From NCBI GenBank assembly GCA_036375335.1, contig DASUSA010000101.1:1-28884 (forward strand): a stretch of DNA of 28,884 bases, written 5' to 3'. Positions 25,174-28,884 of this stretch are shown here, piece after piece. The DNA comes from Candidatus Limnocylindria bacterium (GTDB taxonomy: Bacteria > Chloroflexota > Limnocylindria > P2-11E). The translations under genes and the position numbers were made by a program. The notes under the pieces were generated by a model, which was not told where the DNA came from, did no database searches, and was given only the letters and a program-made list of their open reading frames with translations. Each line of letters starts with the position of its first letter. Position 1 is the first letter of the stretch.

Positions 25174-26685
25174 ATGGCGACCGTCCGCGAGCAAGCTCTC
25201 GCGCCGCTCTCCCGCGCCGAAGCCGAGCGTCTCCTGCCGACGCTGTCCGTCGGAAAGCAGACCCTCGAACGGCGGATCCTTCGTGCCCGCTGCCTGACGT
25301 ATGTCGAGTCGTTCGACGTCGCCTGGTCCGAGCTCACCGCACTCCACGCGCAGACGAAGGATCCGCTGCTCTCGGCGCGGATCGCGGTCGACCTCGCGCA
25401 TCTCGCCTACTACCTCGTGCGAGGCGACGAGGTTGCTCGCCTGATGAAACAGGCCGAGCGCCAGGCCGCGGCCGATCCGCTCATGCTCGCGGAGCTGCAG
25501 CTCGCGAAATCGATCAACCGCACCGCGGCGAATGAGATCACCGCCGCGCTCACCGATGCCCGATGGGCCGAGGACGCGCTCGCCGCCGCGCCGCGCGGCC
25601 GGTCCAAGGACTTGGTCATCGCGCGGGTCCAGCGTCAGCTCGCGCATCTCCTCGCGCACACCGGCGACTACGTCGGCGCGGCGACCGCCGCCGAGGCGAC
25701 GTCGCGACATGCCGCGAAGCTTGGCGATCCGTGGGAGGCCGGTTGGGCGACGTACACGAATGGGTTCGCCCACTGGTATGCCGGCAAGAACGACCCCGCG
25801 GTCGACGAATTCACGCGCGCCGAAGAGGCCCTTCGGTCCTACGGCACGTCGGCGTGGCGCTACACGCTGCTCTGCCTTGCGCGGGCACGGATGGAGCGCG
25901 GCGAGATCGCCACTGGCGACCGCCTCGGCCGGCAGAGCGGGGCCGGCGCTCCCGAGGATCTCGCCCACATCGCGCTCCTTCGCGGCGAGGCCGAGGTCGC
26001 TGAGCGGATCCTGTCCCGCGCGCCCAAGGGCTTCCCGGCCGACGAGCACTTCCGCGACTTCGTGCGGGGCATCGTGAAGGGAAAGCGCGGCGATCCGCGG
26101 GCCGCCGTCCGCATGCTCGACGAGGTTGGGAAGGAGTTCGAGTCGCGAGGGATGGGCCACTGGTCACTCGGGGCCGCGGTCCACGCCGCGTTCAACCGGG
26201 AGTCGCTCGTGCGCGGCGGCGGCAATGCCCGTGCCGTGCAGCTCGTGCGGGACATCGCCGTGCGCGGCGGTGAGGGCTTCGCGTACTACCTGCCCGATGT
26301 CGCGTCCTGGCTCGGCCGCGCGACCGAGACGGATCCCGAAGCGCAGACGCTCGCGCGCGTCCTCAAAGCCCGCGGCGACGCGGCGGTGCGACGCGCGAAG
26401 ACCGATCCGGCCTCCGCAGTGGCCGCGTCGGCGCTCGACGAGGCGACCTATTACCTCCGCGCGATCGGGCTCACCTGGCGGGAGATCGGCGTGCTCCACG
26501 AGATCGAGAAGCTGCAGACCGCGGGGAAGCACGTCGAGCGTGTCGAGCTCGCGAAGGCCCTGGACCTCTCCCCCGAGACGCTGCGCGTGCACATCACCCG
26601 GATCCGCGCGAAGCTCGAGGTCGGCGATCGTCGCGGCGACGCGGTGTTGCTGGAGGCGGCGCTCGCGCGACGGCCGGTGACCTAG
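25174..26685 (+). CDS. Helical-repeat (TPR-like) protein with C-terminal LuxR-like HTH
   Basis: About 420 aa of Ala/Leu/Arg-rich amphipathic repeats (e.g. GDYVGAATAAE, GDPWEAGWA), then LTWREIGVL...ELAKALDLSPETLRVHITRIRAKL. Confidence 0.75.
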   Translation: MATVREQALAPLSRAEAERLLPTLSVGKQTLERRILRARCLTYVESFDVAWSELTALHAQTKDPLLSARIAVDLAHLAYYLVRGDEVARLMKQAERQAAADPLMLAELQLAKSINRTAANEITAALTDARWAEDALAAAPRGRSKDLVIARVQRQLAHLLAHTGDYVGAATAAEATSRHAAKLGDPWEAGWATYTNGFAHWYAGKNDPAVDEFTRAEEALRSYGTSAWRYTLLCLARARMERGEIATGDRLGRQSGAGAPEDLAHIALLRGEAEVAERILSRAPKGFPADEHFRDFVRGIVKGKRGDPRAAVRMLDEVGKEFESRGMGHWSLGAAVHAAFNRESLVRGGGNARAVQLVRDIAVRGGEGFAYYLPDVASWLGRATETDPEAQTLARVLKARGDAAVRRAKTDPASAVAASALDEATYYLRAIGLTWREIGVLHEIEKLQTAGKHVERVELAKALDLSPETLRVHITRIRAKLEVGDRRGDAVLLEAALARRPVT

Positions 26686-27329
26686 GCGCCGACCAGTCCG
26701 AGCACCCGTTCGAGTCCGCGCTCCTGGCCCGGCTCGACGCGCGGCAGCAGCAGCGCGATGCACCCGGCCGCGACCGCGCCGCCGTCCACGGGGTGATCGC
26801 CCACGACCAGCGTCTCGCTCGGTGTGGTGCCCATCGCCTTGCACGCCGCGAGGAAGATGCGCACATCCGGCTTTTCGATCCGGTGCTCGTACGAGTGGGT
26901 GTAGCCGTCGACCAGATCGCCCCAGCCGCGCGCGACGAACACCGGCCGGAGATCCTCGGCGACATTGCTCACGACGCCGATCCGCAAGCCGCGCTGCCGT
27001 AATGCGCGCAGGACCGGCTCGGCGTCGGGGTAGGGCAGCCACCTCTGGTGATCCATGACCCGCTCGTAGAGCAGCTTCGAGAGCCCGGGCTTATGGACCT
27101 CCGCCTGCTCGAATAGCGCCGTCCAGCCGGCCCGGTGAGCCTCCGGCGAGAGGTCGCGCTGCACCGCGAGCGCCGCGGGAGTCTTCGAGTCGCGCCAGAT
27201 CTTGTCCCAGAGCTCGCGCGCGACCTGCGGCGCGACGCCGGCCTCCGCCATGACGGCCGCCCCGTCGGGGCTGTGGAAGAGCGTGTCGCCGAAGTCGAAG
27301 CACACGCCCTTGACCGGCCTCGGGGTCAG
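26682..27329 (-). CDS. HAD-superfamily hydrolase, probable CTG start
   Basis: GVCFDFGDTL (motif I), GVVSN, EKPD.RIF and VVGD...DGGAVAAG. A CTGA overlap with the upstream stop and GGAG 5 nt upstream. Confidence 0.88.
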   Translation of the reverse strand: MTPRPVKGVCFDFGDTLFHSPDGAAVMAEAGVAPQVARELWDKIWRDSKTPAALAVQRDLSPEAHRAGWTALFEQAEVHKPGLSKLLYERVMDHQRWLPYPDAEPVLRALRQRGLRIGVVSNVAEDLRPVFVARGWGDLVDGYTHSYEHRIEKPDVRIFLAACKAMGTTPSETLVVGDHPVDGGAVAAGCIALLLPRVEPGQERGLERVLGLVGA

Positions 27330-28822
27330 GTGAGCTCCACGGTCTCGCGCCACTCCGGCACCTTCGTCGCGAAGCCGAGCTCCTTCACCTTGGGCTCGAA
27401 CGCGGCCTGGGCCGCCGGGTCGCCATGCACGATGAACGTGAGCTTCGGGGCCACACTGAAGTTCCGCAGCCAGGCGAGGAGCTCGGGCTCGTCGGCGTGC
27501 GCCGAGAAGCCACTGATGGAGCGGACCTGGCACGCGACCGCCAGATCCTGCCCGTCGATCCGGACCTGCTTCGCGCCCTGCTGCAGCTGCGCGCCGAGTG
27601 TTCCCTCACCCTGATAGCCGACGAACAGCAGCGTCATCGCCGCGTCGCCAATGAGCGACTTGACGTGCTGCACGATCCGGCCGCCGGTGATCATCCCATT
27701 CGATGCCACGACCATGTACGGACGCACGCCGTCCGTATCGAGCGCCGTGGACGCGTTCGCGTCCTTCACCATCACGGCACCGGGGTAGTCGAGCGGCGCC
27801 TCAGACTTCGCGAGGATCGCCTTCGCGTCGTCGTCGAAGTATTCCGCGTACTTGCGGTAGATGTCGGTCGCGCTGCCGGCCATCGGCGAGTCGAGATACA
27901 GAGGCACGTGCGGCGTCGTGCCCGCGTCCAGCAGCCGGTCGAGCTCGTAGACGATCTCCTGGGTGCGGCCAATGGCGAACGAGGGCATGAGCAGCACGCC
28001 CTTCGCGCCGTTCGTCGCGCTCACCGCCTCGCCGAGCAGGCGGATCGCTTCTTCTTCCGGCTCGTGCGTCCGCCCTCCGTAGGTCGACTCGACGAGCAGG
28101 TAGTCGCCGTCACGCACCGGCGTCGGGTCGCGGATGATCGGAGTGTTCGGGCGCCCGATGTCGCCGCTGAACACGATGGTCCGGTCGCCCGAGTTATCTC
28201 GAGCGCGGACGCGGATTATCGCGGAGCCGAGAATGTGCCCGGCGTCGAGGTACGTGGCCGTGACGCCCGGCGCGATCTCCAGCTCGGCGCCGTACTCGAT
28301 GCCCTTGAACCGATCGAGAGCGGCCGTCGCGTCCGGCGTCGTGTACAACGGTTGACGCAGGTACGTGAGTGCTTCAGGTGCAGCATTGCGCGTGGCAACC
28401 TCGGCGTCCTCGTTGGTCGCGGCCGCGAGGTCGGCCGCGGCGGCTTTGTCCTCGATCAACGCACGGTCGGGGTACTTGCGGGCGAACCGCTGATGCTTCG
28501 CCGCGAACTCCTCTTGGAGCTTCGCCGAGTCGAGTAGTACGAGCCGCGTGAGTTCGACCGTCCCGCGTGTGGCGTAGACCGGGCCGTGGAACCCGAGCGC
28601 GCTGACGTGCGGGATCAGGCCGCAGTGGTCGAGATGCGCGTGCGTGAGGAGCACCGCGTCGATCGCCTTCGGGTCATACGCGAACGCCACGCGGTTTCGA
28701 AGCACGTCGTGCGGACTGCCCTGAAACATGCCGCAGTCGATGACCACGCGCGCCTGATCGGTCTCCAGAAGGTATTGCGAGCCGGTGACCGTGCGCGCGG
28801 CACCGAGAAAGTGAAGGCGCAT
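27326..28822 (-). CDS. MBL-fold beta-CASP metallohydrolase (YSH1-like predicted RNA-processing nuclease)
   Basis: MRLHFLGAARTVTGSQ, DCGMFQG, THAHLDHCG, DAGHILGS, FSGDIG, VESTYG, FAIGRTQE, FSAHAD and VHGD, all ligands intact. ATG 28822 preferred. Confidence 0.92.
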   Translation of the reverse strand: MRLHFLGAARTVTGSQYLLETDQARVVIDCGMFQGSPHDVLRNRVAFAYDPKAIDAVLLTHAHLDHCGLIPHVSALGFHGPVYATRGTVELTRLVLLDSAKLQEEFAAKHQRFARKYPDRALIEDKAAAADLAAATNEDAEVATRNAAPEALTYLRQPLYTTPDATAALDRFKGIEYGAELEIAPGVTATYLDAGHILGSAIIRVRARDNSGDRTIVFSGDIGRPNTPIIRDPTPVRDGDYLLVESTYGGRTHEPEEEAIRLLGEAVSATNGAKGVLLMPSFAIGRTQEIVYELDRLLDAGTTPHVPLYLDSPMAGSATDIYRKYAEYFDDDAKAILAKSEAPLDYPGAVMVKDANASTALDTDGVRPYMVVASNGMITGGRIVQHVKSLIGDAAMTLLFVGYQGEGTLGAQLQQGAKQVRIDGQDLAVACQVRSISGFSAHADEPELLAWLRNFSVAPKLTFIVHGDPAAQAAFEPKVKELGFATKVPEWRETVELT

Positions 28823-28884
28823 CCGTTCATAATGCCGCGCTAGCATCACCCGCGCACATGTATGGTCCGGTGCTCGCGGGCACG

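Noticed and set aside
11613-26160. Other long alternative ORFs (11613-13187, 18601-20559, 22049-23005, 25168-26160, etc.)
   Set aside because: Antisense to clear genes, Arg/Ala/Pro-rich, with no domain signatures.
28670-28700. Further GAAAC hits as ECF promoters (e.g. CGAAAC...CGTA near 28700; also near 7916, 9494, 22746, 25446)
   Set aside because: All are intragenic and have the wrong spacing or no GTA element.
1-28884. CRISPR arrays, tRNA/rRNA, IS elements, prophage or defence genes
   Set aside because: No regularly spaced repeats, cloverleaf-sized intergenic gaps, terminal inverted repeats, or transposase/integrase/nuclease-effector motifs were seen.

Overview
GC-rich, gene-dense bacterial chromosome segment. 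Gene order and protein style suggest Chloroflexota (inference). I saw no tRNA, rRNA, CRISPR array, integrase or transposase. Left to right: C-terminus of a GH57 branching enzyme; a minus-strand flavinylation/electron-transfer operon (ferric-reductase-like flavocytochrome, FMN-binding protein, ApbE); rplY; an AMIN-like lipoprotein; GH57 amylase/4-alpha-glucanotransferase, HtrA, MFS, argS; a minus-strand seven-gene operon (ECF sigma, anti-sigma, membrane protein, MacA/MacB-type ABC system, accessory OB-like protein); a degenerate MBL-fold protein; a 12-TM His-containing membrane protein; rplU-rpmA-rpmE-tdk-DUF1385-prfA-alkA-dinB-family; a kinase-less receiver / HTH-PAS / helical-repeat-HTH trio; a HAD hydrolase; and a beta-CASP MBL nuclease. 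Best lead: a 28-nt ECF-type promoter (CCGAAAC-N2-GGCAGC-N3-GG-N-CCGGGTA, 22/28 identical by hand alignment) sits both in front of the ECF sigma operon and 14 kb away in front of the flavinylation operon. This suggests one regulon coupling an envelope ABC system to extracytosolic electron transfer. Other leads are several apparent non-canonical start codons (CTG, CTG, possibly GTT), an MBL pseudo-enzyme, and an ArgRS with altered signature motifs. All family assignments come from motif recognition, not database searches.
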